From assembly GCA_038231135.1 (NCBI GenBank), contig JBBRLX010000008.1:64001-128000 (forward strand): 64,000 bases of DNA, in the 5' to 3' direction. The DNA is from Candidatus Eiseniibacteriota bacterium. GTDB lineage: Bacteria > Eisenbacteria > RBG-16-71-46. Each line of letters starts with the position of its first letter. Position 1 is the stretch's first letter. The notes under the pieces were generated by a model. That model searched no databases and was not told the origin of the DNA. It saw only the letters and a program-made list of their open reading frames with translations. The position numbers were made by a program, and so were the translations under genes. This document shows positions 46,989 to 56,948 of this stretch, one piece after another.

Positions 46989-49208
46989 TCATCCGTCCCG
47001 CCGCGCCTCGGCTTCGGTGCGCCCCTTCCGCGGATCGACGGGATACGGTGCGCGCACGTGGAAGATCGCCGTGAGCACGGGGATGAACGCCTCGCGGATG
47101 CGCGCCAGATCCTGCATGGTTAGGCCGCACTCGTCGAGCTGCCCGTCGGACACGCGCTCCGAGATGATGCGCGTGACGAGGCCGCGGATGCGGCTCGGCG
47201 TCGGCTCCTGCAGCGCGCGCGACGCGCCCTCGACGCCGTCCGCCAGCATCAGGATCGCCGTCTCGCGCGACCGCGGCCTGGGGCCGGGATAGCTGTAGTC
47301 CTCGCGCCGGGTCATCGGGTCCTGCTCCAGCGCCTTGTGATAGAAGAACGCCATCACCATCGTGCCGTGATGCTCGGGGATCGCGCACTGCACGGCCTTC
47401 GGCAGCCGCATCTTCTTCGCCAGCTCGAGGCCCTCGGTGATGTGCGACTTCACGACCAGCGTGCTCATGCTCGGCGTGAGCTTGTCGTGGCGGCTGCGCG
47501 TCGAAGCCGGCTCGTTCTCGGCGTAGTACTCGGGCTTCGACAGCTTGCCCATGTCGTGGTAGTAGGCCGACACCCGCGCCAGCAGCGAGTTCGCGGCGAT
47601 CGCCTCGGCGCCGGATTCGGCGAGGCTGCCGACGACCATGCTGTGATGGTAGGTGCCGGGCGCCTCGAGTTGCAGGCGCTTGAGGATCGGCCGGTTGAGG
47701 TCCGACAACTCGAGCAGCGTGATGTCCGAGGTGAGGCCGAACGCGTGCTCCACCCACGGCAGCACGAGGAACGCGAGCGTCACGGCCGCGAACGCGCCGG
47801 CGCCGCCCCACATCACATCCTTGGCGACCGACGTGAACGAATCCGAGCGCGCCAGGTCCCACGCCAGGATCGCCGCGGTGTTCGCGAGCGCGATCGTGAA
47901 GAACGCGCGGCCGAAGTGCCACCGATGGCGCAGGCGCGTCACCGAGTACACCGCAGTCACGCAGCCCATCACCGCCACCGGCACGAACAGCGCCGGCAGC
48001 TCGCCCACGGCCGTCACGAGCACCACCAGCACCAGCGCGTAGACCAGCGCCGGGCGCTTGTCGAGCAGCGACGCCACCACCAGCGGCGCGAGCGCGATCG
48101 GCACGGTGTAGGGATTGAGGCCGAAGATCTCGACCTGCGTCACGGCAGCGCCGAGCACCAGCGCGGTCAACAGCGCGAACATCGCGAGCATCGAGTTGTC
48201 GCGGAACACGACCGGCAGCTCGACGCGCAGGTACACCATGAACACCGCGATGAACAGCAGCATCAGCAGCATGCGCGCGACGGGCGGATAGATGTATTCG
48301 GTGTTGCCGCGGCGCGCGAGCTCGAGATTGCGCAGCGACCGCAGCCGCAGCAGCTGGTCGTGGGTCACGCGCTGGTTGGCGTCCACGATCATCTCGTCCT
48401 TCTGCACGAACCCGATCGTCGACGGCACCACGCCCTGGGCCTGGATGCGCCGCCATTCGGTCTCGGCGCGGTCGTACACCACGTTGGGCTGCACGAACGC
48501 CGCCGCGATCGCGGCGGTGAGCCGCACGGCCGCGGGATCGCCCGCGAACGCCGCACGCGCGCGGCGGTCGACGAGATCGAGCGCGGCGCGCCGGTCGTAC
48601 ACCAGCGACGCGGCGCGCGGCGACTCGGTGCCGCCGTCGCGCAGCGTGATCACCGAATAGCCCTGCACCAGGTCGTTGTGCTTCTCGCCCACCACCCCGG
48701 CGTCGTAGATCTCGTGGAACCACGCGCCGAGTTCGCTCAGCACGCGGCGGGCGCGTTGTGGCCCCGCGAGCGCCGTGGCGCCCTCGGCATCGAGCGGCAC
48801 GCCCAGTCCGCGCAGCTGGGTGACGCGCTCGGCCGGGTCCATGCCGGTGTTCAGCACGACCGCCAGCACCTGCTCCTGGAACTTCGCGAACCGGCCGAGC
48901 ATGTCCGATGGCACGCGTGAATCGACCGCGAACACCGGCGCGACCGCGGCGCCGGCCAGCTCCTGCTCGTGGCGCAGCCGCGCCTCGTCCTTCTCCACGC
49001 GGAAGTCGTAGGGCGCGACCACGCGCTCACGCGCGATCTCGCCCTCGCGGAACCGGTACTTGTCGGGAATGCCGCGGCCGGTCGGCAGCACCGCCGCCAC
49101 GCCGAGCAGCAACAGCAGCAGCAGCGCACGCACGGCGTAGTAGCCCCAGCGCACCGGGCGGGCGCGGTCGGGCAGGGCCGGCAGTTGTATGGACTCGGGA
49201 TCGGTCAT
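46989..49208 (-). CDS. 7TM-HD phosphohydrolase (PgpH/YqfF-like, putative c-di-AMP phosphodiesterase)
   Basis: Extracytoplasmic domain plus multiple TMs; APGTYHHS, YYHDMGK, EHHGT, YPGPRP, MLADGVE; phoH-HD-ybeY synteny. Confidence 0.88.
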   Translation of the reverse strand: MTDPESIQLPALPDRARPVRWGYYAVRALLLLLLLGVAAVLPTGRGIPDKYRFREGEIARERVVAPYDFRVEKDEARLRHEQELAGAAVAPVFAVDSRVPSDMLGRFAKFQEQVLAVVLNTGMDPAERVTQLRGLGVPLDAEGATALAGPQRARRVLSELGAWFHEIYDAGVVGEKHNDLVQGYSVITLRDGGTESPRAASLVYDRRAALDLVDRRARAAFAGDPAAVRLTAAIAAAFVQPNVVYDRAETEWRRIQAQGVVPSTIGFVQKDEMIVDANQRVTHDQLLRLRSLRNLELARRGNTEYIYPPVARMLLMLLFIAVFMVYLRVELPVVFRDNSMLAMFALLTALVLGAAVTQVEIFGLNPYTVPIALAPLVVASLLDKRPALVYALVLVVLVTAVGELPALFVPVAVMGCVTAVYSVTRLRHRWHFGRAFFTIALANTAAILAWDLARSDSFTSVAKDVMWGGAGAFAAVTLAFLVLPWVEHAFGLTSDITLLELSDLNRPILKRLQLEAPGTYHHSMVVGSLAESGAEAIAANSLLARVSAYYHDMGKLSKPEYYAENEPASTRSRHDKLTPSMSTLVVKSHITEGLELAKKMRLPKAVQCAIPEHHGTMVMAFFYHKALEQDPMTRREDYSYPGPRPRSRETAILMLADGVEGASRALQEPTPSRIRGLVTRIISERVSDGQLDECGLTMQDLARIREAFIPVLTAIFHVRAPYPVDPRKGRTEAEARRDG

Positions 49209-49302
49209 CGCACGCGAATCCTAACCGAAATCACGGGTGATTGCGGACGCCCGGGCGGCCCGTCGCGGCGCCGGCGGGCCGCCGCACGACGCCCCGCCGG
49301 CA

Positions 49303-50424
49303 CTAATGCGACGGCCGCCGCAGGTCGGAGCCGGAATCCTCGCGAGTGTCGTCCGCGCCCAGGTCGGCACGCGTGGCGTGACCCTCGGGGCCGCCCCCGC
49401 TCTCGAACGCGTCGGCGACGTGCACCCCGGGCTCCAGCGACTCGCCGACGCCGTCCTCCGCTTTGCCGTTCGCGCGGGTGTGGTACTGGTCGAACGCACG
49501 GATGATGTCGCGCACCAGCCGGTGCCGCACCACGTCCTCGGGATGGAAGTAGATGAACTTCACGTCCGGCAGGTGGCTCAGGATCGCCTGGATGCGCACC
49601 AGCCCCGACGACGCCGGATCCTTGAGATCGATCTGCGTGACGTCGCCCGTGACCACCACCTTGGTGTTCGAGCCCATGCGGGTGAGGAACATCTTCATCT
49701 GGCGCACGGTGGTGTTCTGCGCCTCGTCGAGGATCACGTACGAGCTGTGGAGCGTGCGCCCGCGCATGAACGCGAGCGGCGCGATCTCGATGACGCCGAG
49801 TTCCATGAACCGCCGCATCTTGTCGTACGACATGAGATCCGCGAGCGCGTCGTACATCGGGCGCAGATACGGATCCACCTTCTCCTGCATGTCGCCCGGC
49901 AGGAAGCCCAGGCTCTCGCCCGCTTCGACGGCCGGACGCACCAGGATGATGCGGTCCACCTTCTTCGCCCGCAGCGCGTGCACCGCGGCCGCGACGGCAA
50001 GGTACGTCTTGCCGGTGCCGGCGGGCCCGATCGCGAACACGACGTCGTGATCCTGCAGCGCCTTCAGATACTCGGCCTGCATCGGCGTGCGCGCCTTGAC
50101 GCTCTTGCGCTCGAACGACCAGCCGGGCGCGCCTTCGTACGACTCGGCGAGCGGCTTGCCGTTGCCGTTCCTGTGACCGAGCCCGAGCGCCACCGACACA
50201 TCGGCTTCCTCGACGACCTTGCCGCGTTCGGCGAGCTCGACCAGTTCCTTGAGCGCCTTCGACGCGGTTTCCACCGCGTCCTCCTCGCCGGCCACCGTCA
50301 CGGTGCCGTCGCGGAGCGTGATGCGCACGGCGACGCTGCGCTCGATCTGGCGCAGGTTGGAATCGTTCTGACCCAGCAGAGTGATCGGGTCGAGATGTTC
50401 GATCGGAAATTTACGAACGATCAC
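49303..50424 (-). CDS. phoH: PhoH family ATPase with N-terminal KH-like domain
   Basis: GPAGTGKT, RPAVEAGESLGFLPG, LAFMRGRT, LDEAQN, GDVTQIDL. Confidence 0.93.
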   Translation of the reverse strand: MIVRKFPIEHLDPITLLGQNDSNLRQIERSVAVRITLRDGTVTVAGEEDAVETASKALKELVELAERGKVVEEADVSVALGLGHRNGNGKPLAESYEGAPGWSFERKSVKARTPMQAEYLKALQDHDVVFAIGPAGTGKTYLAVAAAVHALRAKKVDRIILVRPAVEAGESLGFLPGDMQEKVDPYLRPMYDALADLMSYDKMRRFMELGVIEIAPLAFMRGRTLHSSYVILDEAQNTTVRQMKMFLTRMGSNTKVVVTGDVTQIDLKDPASSGLVRIQAILSHLPDVKFIYFHPEDVVRHRLVRDIIRAFDQYHTRANGKAEDGVGESLEPGVHVADAFESGGGPEGHATRADLGADDTREDSGSDLRRPSH

Positions 50425-50726
50425 GTCGGATCCTCGATGGGGCTTCGTCTGCAGCCGGAGTCACGGACTGCGAATGGCGGAGTTCCGGTGCCACGGCGTC
50501 GCGTCGGGGATCAGCCCCATCCCCTCGGCATGCGGCCGGGCCGAACTCACGGTCTCCGAAAAGCGCAAAGCTCTTGACCGGAACGACCCACGGGTGGGTC
50601 AGGCCAAGAGCGAGGTCATCGATATGGAAGCTGCGTTTGCGAAGCAACCGCTGATTATCCAGTGACTTACCTCGTCTCGTGAGCTCGGCAACGCGGGTCG
50701 CGATTCGTGTCCGAGACGGCAATGTC

Positions 50727-50755
50727 ACGGTACCACGCAGCCCCCAGCCGGTCAA
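50727..50755 (-). promoter_or_regulatory. Putative sigma70 promoter TTGACC-N17-TACCGT about 300 nt upstream of phoH
   Basis: Minus strand TTGACC GGCTGGGGGCTGCGTGG TACCGT. Confidence 0.55.
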
Positions 50756-50825
50756 TTTGATGCAGACGAACGGTGTGCGTCGCGGAAAGTATCGGCGGGC
50801 CCATGGCGGGGATTTACGGGTAGTT

Positions 50826-51656
50826 TTATCTCGCGAACGTCAGTGACGCCCAGTACGAGTCCCAGTCGGCGACGCCGCGGGCAGCGGACGGCACCATGTG
50901 GACGGCATTCACCAGCCATTCGCCGTGGCGCGGCACGGGCACTCGGGCACTGCCGTCGGCGGCGGTACGCACCGAGACGATGGCGCCCACCGAATCGCGA
51001 GACCCCACGCCCACCGGGACCTCGCCCGCATCCAGTCGTTGCACCCAGGCGCGCACGAGGGCCCCCGCCAGCGGGCGGCCGCACCACAGGAGACGCACTC
51101 GCAGATCGGGACGGGTGCCGGGGACGTCGAGTGGGATCAACTCCAGCGGCATGCCCGCGGGACGCGTGGCGCGCTGCGCGTCCATCCCGGCGATCCACAG
51201 CTTCGCGCAGCGGGCGAATCGTTCGCGGCCGGGCCCGGCCCAGCTGCCGAACCGGGCACGCGCGGTGACGACGGAGTCCAGGCCCTCGAGTTTCAGGTAG
51301 GCGTCGAACGCCTTCGCCTCGAGCTGAATGGGCTTGAACGTGGATTGGTATGTGACGAGCGCGCCGCCGCCGTCGGCGGCGACCCAGCGCGCCCATTGAA
51401 ATGCCCCGTTGACGCCCGCCCGTTTCAGGTCCTGCGCACCCGCACCATGCAGCAGCAACTGCTCGGTATGTGTCGGCGCGAAGGGTGACGACTCACCGCG
51501 AAATCCGGTGCCGACGCGTGCGTCGATCGCCAGCGTGTCGCCGGCTACGCAGCGATAGCGGGACGGGGACAGCCAGAACTCGTGTGCGCCGGCGACTGCC
51601 GCGAACAGCGACAGCGCCGACGCCGCAATGAGTACCGCCCTTGCGAACCGGTTCAA
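50826..51656 (-). CDS. DUF4198 family secreted protein
   Basis: Signal peptide then AHEFWL; FDAYLKLEGL; PLELIP; HM..DWDSYWASLTF. Confidence 0.85.
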   Translation of the reverse strand: MNRFARAVLIAASALSLFAAVAGAHEFWLSPSRYRCVAGDTLAIDARVGTGFRGESSPFAPTHTEQLLLHGAGAQDLKRAGVNGAFQWARWVAADGGGALVTYQSTFKPIQLEAKAFDAYLKLEGLDSVVTARARFGSWAGPGRERFARCAKLWIAGMDAQRATRPAGMPLELIPLDVPGTRPDLRVRLLWCGRPLAGALVRAWVQRLDAGEVPVGVGSRDSVGAIVSVRTAADGSARVPVPRHGEWLVNAVHMVPSAARGVADWDSYWASLTFAR

Positions 51657-52175
51657 CTAGTGAGCGGTCGCGAGATACGGGAACGTGCCCGAGAATCCGA
51701 CGTCGTTGGCGTCGATCCCATCCGAAACGCCGGGACCACCGCCGAGAATATTGCCGCGATTGAGCACCAGGCTGAGCGCCGCATCAATGACGTCGTCCTG
51801 CAGTCTGCGGCCGTTCGGGAACTGGACCGGCTGCGAGAAATCGATCGTCACGATATCCGGAATCACGACCGACGCCACGGTCGCAGGCGTCAGACCGGGG
51901 CTGTCTTCGGGGCCGAGACTGTCCAGCACCGCCGCGCGCAACGCGACTATGGTCGCCTGGGCCGTAGGGCGCCAGTTCACGATGTCGGTCGAGGGTCTGC
52001 CGGCATTGAATGCGTTCTTCGACGCCGGCGGAATGAGCGCGGTGTTGATCGCCGGAATTCCCACACGATCGGCCTGCGTGTAGGTAACGCCGGGCGTGAG
52101 CACCTTGTCGTTCTTCGAGCACCCCGCCGCCGCGACCAGCGCGAGCAGGGCGAAACCCACGAAATATCGGTTCAT
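51657..52175 (-). CDS. DUF4331-like lipoprotein (C-terminal half)
   Basis: Lipobox AAGC; QADRVGIPAINTAL; FPNGRRLQDDVID; FPYLATAH; SD AGGAGG. Confidence 0.82.
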   Translation of the reverse strand: MNRYFVGFALLALVAAAGCSKNDKVLTPGVTYTQADRVGIPAINTALIPPASKNAFNAGRPSTDIVNWRPTAQATIVALRAAVLDSLGPEDSPGLTPATVASVVIPDIVTIDFSQPVQFPNGRRLQDDVIDAALSLVLNRGNILGGGPGVSDGIDANDVGFSGTFPYLATAH

Positions 52176-52203
52176 GGAATCAATTCCTCCTGAAGTCACG
52201 TGG

Positions 52204-52872
52204 TCAATTGCGGGATTCGGTGGACGCCCAGGCCTTGATGGTGCCCGTGTTCGCGTTCGCGGCGCCGGTGAGTGCGGTGATCGGCAACTCCAGCACGATC
52301 GCGGCGACATTGGCGCCGCCGAAGGTGTCGGCAGGAACCTCGTTGGCGTGACGCAGGCCATGGCCCGCCGTCAGCTTGTAGGGACCGGCGAGGAACTGGT
52401 GGAACCCGTCGAGGTCGAAGAAAAACGGATCGTCGCGCGGGCCGCAGAAGATCTTGATGCCGCCGGTGTCGTAGACGATCGGCGCCTGCCCGACCGGCGT
52501 CACCTGGCCCGTGATCGCGTTCGCCCCCAGGCCTTCGGCGCGCCATGCGAGCGGGCTGCCCGAGAACGTGAATACGACCGTGGCGTCGTCATTCAGATCG
52601 CCATTGTTGTCGACGTGGATCAGATACCGCGCGTTCGTCGAGAACATCGGCGACGGCGCGGCGCCCGGAAGGTACGGATTCACCCCTAGGACCACGACCA
52701 GGTTGTTGGCATCGGTCGGGCTGCGGAACGCGTAGAGGTCGGTGATGTCCGTCGCATGGTCGATGAGCGTGGAGGGCGAGTCACGGTGGTCCGAGGCGCG
52801 CACGTGCCGTGCGCCGAGCCCCGCGAGGACAATGCCCGCCACCGCCAATCCAATCCGAAGCTGAGTTCGCAT
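52204..52872 (-). CDS. DUF4331 family secreted protein (N-terminal half)
   Basis: ASDHRDSP, DITDLYAF, FCGPRDDPFFFD, DTFGGANVAAIVLELP. Confidence 0.87.
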   Translation of the reverse strand: MRTQLRIGLAVAGIVLAGLGARHVRASDHRDSPSTLIDHATDITDLYAFRSPTDANNLVVVLGVNPYLPGAAPSPMFSTNARYLIHVDNNGDLNDDATVVFTFSGSPLAWRAEGLGANAITGQVTPVGQAPIVYDTGGIKIFCGPRDDPFFFDLDGFHQFLAGPYKLTAGHGLRHANEVPADTFGGANVAAIVLELPITALTGAANANTGTIKAWASTESRN

Positions 52873-52943
52873 CGCGTGTTCTCCTGCGATCTAGAGATCC
52901 CAAGTGCGCGGAGAACGCGGTTCGCCCCCGCCCGTGTACCTGC

Positions 52944-52968
52944 TACGAGGCCCGGCGGATATTGGATG
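52944..52968 (-). promoter_or_regulatory. Putative ECF-sigma promoter CATCC-N16-CGTA
   Basis: Minus strand CATCC AATATCCGCCGGGCCT CGTA, about 70 nt upstream of the DUF4331 gene. Confidence 0.5.
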
Positions 52969-53023
52969 TCGGGACACCACGCCGGAGCGGAAGTCCGTTG
53001 CGGGGTGGGTCCGGTTGCGAACG

Positions 53024-53521
53024 CTAGCGGCCCGGCTCCTCGACGAGCTCGACGAGCGCCGAGCCCGGGGTCACCATTTCACCTGCCGTCACGCGCACCT
53101 GGCCGACGACTCCGTCGCGCGGCGCTCGGATCAGGTGCTCCATCTTCATGGCCTCGACGGCCACGAGCGGCTGGCCTTTTACGACCGCGTCGCCGGCTTT
53201 GACCAGCACGCGCGACACGGCTCCGGGCATCGGCGCCTCGAGGCCGCCCGCCAGCGCCGCGCCGCTCCGCGGCTCGCCGCCCGCGTCGCGGTCGACGACG
53301 AAGTCGAGCGCTCCCAACCGCACGAACCTGCGCGACCCGGCGGCGGTCACGAGCGCCACCGTCGTCCCGGCATCCGTCGTGAGCCGCAACCGTCCGTCGG
53401 GCAGCCGCTCGGCGCCCAGCTCGAACTCGGACGCGCCGACCCGCACACGCCAGCGGCCCGCGTCGAGTCGCGTGAGTTCGACCTCGCGGCGGTTGTCGCC
53501 GTCGCGCCAGAGGCTCTTCAC
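53024..53521 (-). CDS. Biotin carboxyl carrier protein (with BT-like N-terminal domain)
   Basis: APMPG, VEAMKME biotinylation motif; GTG start overlaps the biotin carboxylase stop. Confidence 0.9.
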   Translation of the reverse strand: MKSLWRDGDNRREVELTRLDAGRWRVRVGASEFELGAERLPDGRLRLTTDAGTTVALVTAAGSRRFVRLGALDFVVDRDAGGEPRSGAALAGGLEAPMPGAVSRVLVKAGDAVVKGQPLVAVEAMKMEHLIRAPRDGVVGQVRVTAGEMVTPGSALVELVEEPGR

Positions 53522-55026
53522 GCGCGGAGTCCCGCCAGCCGCCAGTCGCCGGCCGATTCGTACGGGCTGATCGGGCGGCGTGCGCCGCCGGCCGCTTCCG
53601 TGCCGTCGCGACCGGGAGCCAGCGTTTCCGCGAGCGCCGCGGCCGCGAGCGCCAGCTCGGGAGCCGGCGCCATCATCAACGTGGCGAAGCCGCCGAGGAA
53701 CTCGCGCTCGATCCATTCGGTGTCTAACGCGGCGGACCGCATCGCCGCTGAGCGCGCGAGCGCGCGCAGGAACGGCAGGTTCGTCACCACGCCGTGCACC
53801 AGCGCCGCGTCGAGCGCACCGATCAACCGTTCGAGCGCCGTGTCGCGCGTGGGCCCGAACGCCACGATCTTCGCGAGCAGCGGATCGTAGTGCACGGTGA
53901 CGGCGTCGCCGGCCTCGATCCCGGCATCGACGCGCACGAACGGCCCGCGCGGCCAGTGCACGCGCAGCGCCGTGCCCGCCTGCGGCAGGAAACTCCGCGC
54001 CCCGTCCTCCGCGTAGACGCGCGCTTCGATCGCATGACCACGGCGTGTGACGTCCTGCTGGTGGATCGGCAGCGAGCCCAACGCCGCCACCATCACCTGG
54101 GCGCGCACCAGGTCGTGCCCGGTGATCAACTCGGTGACCGGATGCTCGACCTGGAGGCGCGTGTTCATCTCGAGGAAGTAGAACGTGCCCTCGGGACTCA
54201 CCAGCATCTCGATCGTGCCGGCGCCGCGATACTTCACCGCCTGCGCGAGCCGCACCGCCGCCGCGGTGATGCGGCCGCGCAGCGCGTCGTCGAGCGTCGG
54301 AGCGCCGGCCTCCTCGACCACCTTCTGGTGGCGCCGCTGGAGCGAGCACTCGCGCTCGAACAGATGAATCGCGCCGCCCGCGCCGTCACCCAGCACCTGC
54401 ACCTCGACGTGGCGCGCGCGCTCGAGCCGCTGCTCGACGTACACCGCCGCATCGCCGAACGCCGACGCCGCGATGCGCATCGCGCTGTCCACCGCCTCGC
54501 GCAGCCCGGCCTCGTCCGTGACGGCGCTCATACCCTTGCCACCACCGCCGAGCGCCGCCTTCACCATCACCGGATAGCCGAGTTTGCGCGCCTGCGCCAC
54601 CAGCGCATCCGCATCGCGCCCCTCCGCCCCCGGCACGATCGGCACGTCCGCCTGTTGCGCCACACGCCGCGCGGCGCGCTTGTCCCCCATTATTTCGATC
54701 TGCTCGGGGGTCGGGCCGATGAACACCAGCCCCGCCGATTCGACCGCCCGCGCAAACGCGGCATTTTCGGCCAGGAACCCATACCCCGGATGAATCGCTT
54801 CCGCCCCACCGCGCCGTGCGGCATCGAGGATCGCTTCGATGTTCAGATAGGAAGCCCGCGGCTCCGCAGGACCGATGAACTCGGCTTCATCGCAGGCCCG
54901 AACGTGCAGAGCACCACGGTCCGCCTCGGAGAACACCGCCACCGCACGAATGTCCATCTCGTGCAGTGTCGAAGCGATTCGACAGGCGATCTCGCCACGG
55001 TTGGCAATCAGGACTTTGCGGAACAT
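53518..55026 (-). CDS. Biotin carboxylase (methylcrotonyl-/acyl-CoA carboxylase alpha, BC domain only)
   Basis: KVLIANRGEIA, IHPGYGFLAEN, GGGGKGM, ERECSLQRRHQK, EMNTRLQVEH. Confidence 0.93.
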   Translation of the reverse strand: MFRKVLIANRGEIACRIASTLHEMDIRAVAVFSEADRGALHVRACDEAEFIGPAEPRASYLNIEAILDAARRGGAEAIHPGYGFLAENAAFARAVESAGLVFIGPTPEQIEIMGDKRAARRVAQQADVPIVPGAEGRDADALVAQARKLGYPVMVKAALGGGGKGMSAVTDEAGLREAVDSAMRIAASAFGDAAVYVEQRLERARHVEVQVLGDGAGGAIHLFERECSLQRRHQKVVEEAGAPTLDDALRGRITAAAVRLAQAVKYRGAGTIEMLVSPEGTFYFLEMNTRLQVEHPVTELITGHDLVRAQVMVAALGSLPIHQQDVTRRGHAIEARVYAEDGARSFLPQAGTALRVHWPRGPFVRVDAGIEAGDAVTVHYDPLLAKIVAFGPTRDTALERLIGALDAALVHGVVTNLPFLRALARSAAMRSAALDTEWIEREFLGGFATLMMAPAPELALAAAALAETLAPGRDGTEAAGGARRPISPYESAGDWRLAGLRA

Positions 55027-55097
55027 CCGCCGATACTAGCCGACGATCTCAGCGGACGCATGCCCGCCCGACTCCTCGTCCCGCTCGAGAGCGAGGT

Positions 55098-55877
55098 TCA
55101 CGGAACCCAGCTGGGCTTGCGCTTGTCGAAGAAGGAACCCAGGCCCTCCCGGGCTTCATCGCCGGACCGGACTTCGGCGAGTGTCTGGGGCAGGCTCGCG
55201 CGATATTCGTCGAGGCCCAGGTTCCCCCAACGTGAGAACAATTCCTTGATGCGACGCTGGGCCATGGGGCCGCCCTTCAAGAGCTCCCCAACACGCTCGT
55301 CGACCTTGGCGTCGAGATCGGCCGCGGGCACCACATGATTCACCACGCCCCAGCGCAAGGCGTCGGCGGCCCCGAAGCGTTCGCCGGTCAGCATCCATTC
55401 GCGGGCATTGCGTTCGCCGAGCCTGCGGATGACGTAGGGACTGATCAACCCGGGGATGATTCCCAGCCGCACTTCGGTAAGCCCGAAGCGCGCGTCGTCG
55501 GACGCCACCGCGATGTCGCAGGCGCAGCACAACCCGACGCCGCCGCCGTAGACGCCACCGTGGATGCGGCCCACGACGGGCATGGGCAGGTCGGCGAGCG
55601 CCGCGAACATCGCGCCGAGCTGCCGGGCTTCCGTGAGGTTGTCGTCGAACGACGCGTTCGCAGACCGCTTCATCATGTTGATGTCGGCGCCCGCGCAGAA
55701 CGAGGGGCCGCGGCCACCGAGCACCACTATTCGCACACCGTCGTCGTGCGCGAGCTGGCGCAGCGCGTCGGTGAGCGCGCGGCCCAGGTCGGGCGACAGC
55801 GCGTTGTGCGCCTCCGGCCGGTTGAACCACACCCGGGCGACGCCGGCGGCGCGGTCCACCTCGATCGGCGCGGTCAT
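55098..55877 (-). CDS. Enoyl-CoA hydratase, probably methylglutaconyl-CoA hydratase (LiuC-like)
   Basis: NRPEAHNA, FCAGAD, GGGVGL, TEVRLGIIP..ISPYV; methylcrotonyl-CoA carboxylase context. Confidence 0.85.
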   Translation of the reverse strand: MTAPIEVDRAAGVARVWFNRPEAHNALSPDLGRALTDALRQLAHDDGVRIVVLGGRGPSFCAGADINMMKRSANASFDDNLTEARQLGAMFAALADLPMPVVGRIHGGVYGGGVGLCCACDIAVASDDARFGLTEVRLGIIPGLISPYVIRRLGERNAREWMLTGERFGAADALRWGVVNHVVPAADLDAKVDERVGELLKGGPMAQRRIKELFSRWGNLGLDEYRASLPQTLAEVRSGDEAREGLGSFFDKRKPSWVP

Positions 55878-56012
55878 CGTCACTTCCTCTCCGTCACTTC
55901 CATCATCATTACCGTTCTGAGGGGGGAACACGATCGTGTCGCGATTCGCGGGCACGGGGTGCGCCCGCGCGCATAGCGATACCGCAATCCGCCCGCGGGT
56001 GGAAGCCGACCC

Positions 56013-56882
56013 TCAGGCCAGCGCCAGAGCGATCACGCCGGCGGCGAATGCGGCCGCCGCAAACCGGCGCCGGGTCCGCTCGCCCTCGCCCAGCACCCGG
56101 CCGCCGAGCCACGCGCCGATCAGGATGCTCAACTCGCGGGCGGGGGCGATGTGGCTCAGGGCGCCGTGGCGGAACGCGATCAGGATCAGGATGTACGACA
56201 GCGGGCTCAGCAGCGCGATCCCGAATACCCGCGCGCGGTGAGCGGCCCACACCGCCCGAACGCCGGCCCGATCCCGCAACGCCGCGGGCGAGAACAGCAG
56301 CATCCGAATCACCTCGCCGCCCCAATAGAATATGAGGGGCGGCACTGCGGCCCGCTTCACCGTGCCGCCGTCCCACAGCGTATACATGGCGATCGTGACG
56401 CCGGTGGCGAGCCCGTAACCGAGTCCGGCCGCGAGCTTGCGGTTGGTCGCGAACTCAGCGCGTGCCGTGAGGATCACGACACCGGACGCCACCAGCAGCA
56501 CGCCCGCGATCGCGAGCACGCTCGGCGGCTCTCCAAACAGCACGATCGCGCCCAGCGACGCGAGCAGCGGACCGGTGCCGCGAGCGACGGGATAGACGAG
56601 CGACAGGTCGCCCACGCGATAGCCACGCAACAGGATCAGGAAGTAGCCCACGTGGATCACGGCGCTGCCGAACAACAGGCCGAGCACGGGCAGCGTCGGG
56701 CGCCAGCCGTCATGCACGATCGCCGCGCAGGCGAACGGCGAGTAGGCCACGGCCGAGATCGCGGTGAGCAGCCACATCAACGGCGCGCTGCGAACTCCGG
56801 GACCGAGCTGCTTGGTCCAGAGGTTCCAGGTGGCGTGGAGGATCGCCGAGGCCAGCACGAGGGCCAGCGTGAATGGAGTCAC
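56013..56882 (-). CDS. DMT/EamA family transporter
   Basis: SAILHATWN, GDLSLVYPVARG, APARELS; many TM segments. Confidence 0.9.
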   Translation of the reverse strand: MTPFTLALVLASAILHATWNLWTKQLGPGVRSAPLMWLLTAISAVAYSPFACAAIVHDGWRPTLPVLGLLFGSAVIHVGYFLILLRGYRVGDLSLVYPVARGTGPLLASLGAIVLFGEPPSVLAIAGVLLVASGVVILTARAEFATNRKLAAGLGYGLATGVTIAMYTLWDGGTVKRAAVPPLIFYWGGEVIRMLLFSPAALRDRAGVRAVWAAHRARVFGIALLSPLSYILILIAFRHGALSHIAPARELSILIGAWLGGRVLGEGERTRRRFAAAAFAAGVIALALA

Positions 56883-56948
56883 GCTTGCCCGACCGCGGAC
56901 CCGTGCCTCACGGCATGCCCAGCCCTCGTGCCATCGCCACCGGCCCTC

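Noticed and set aside
51657..52872. Frameshifted DUF4331 pseudogene
   Set aside because: Each half has its own start and signal peptide, and the second has a strong SD, so they look like two genuine genes.
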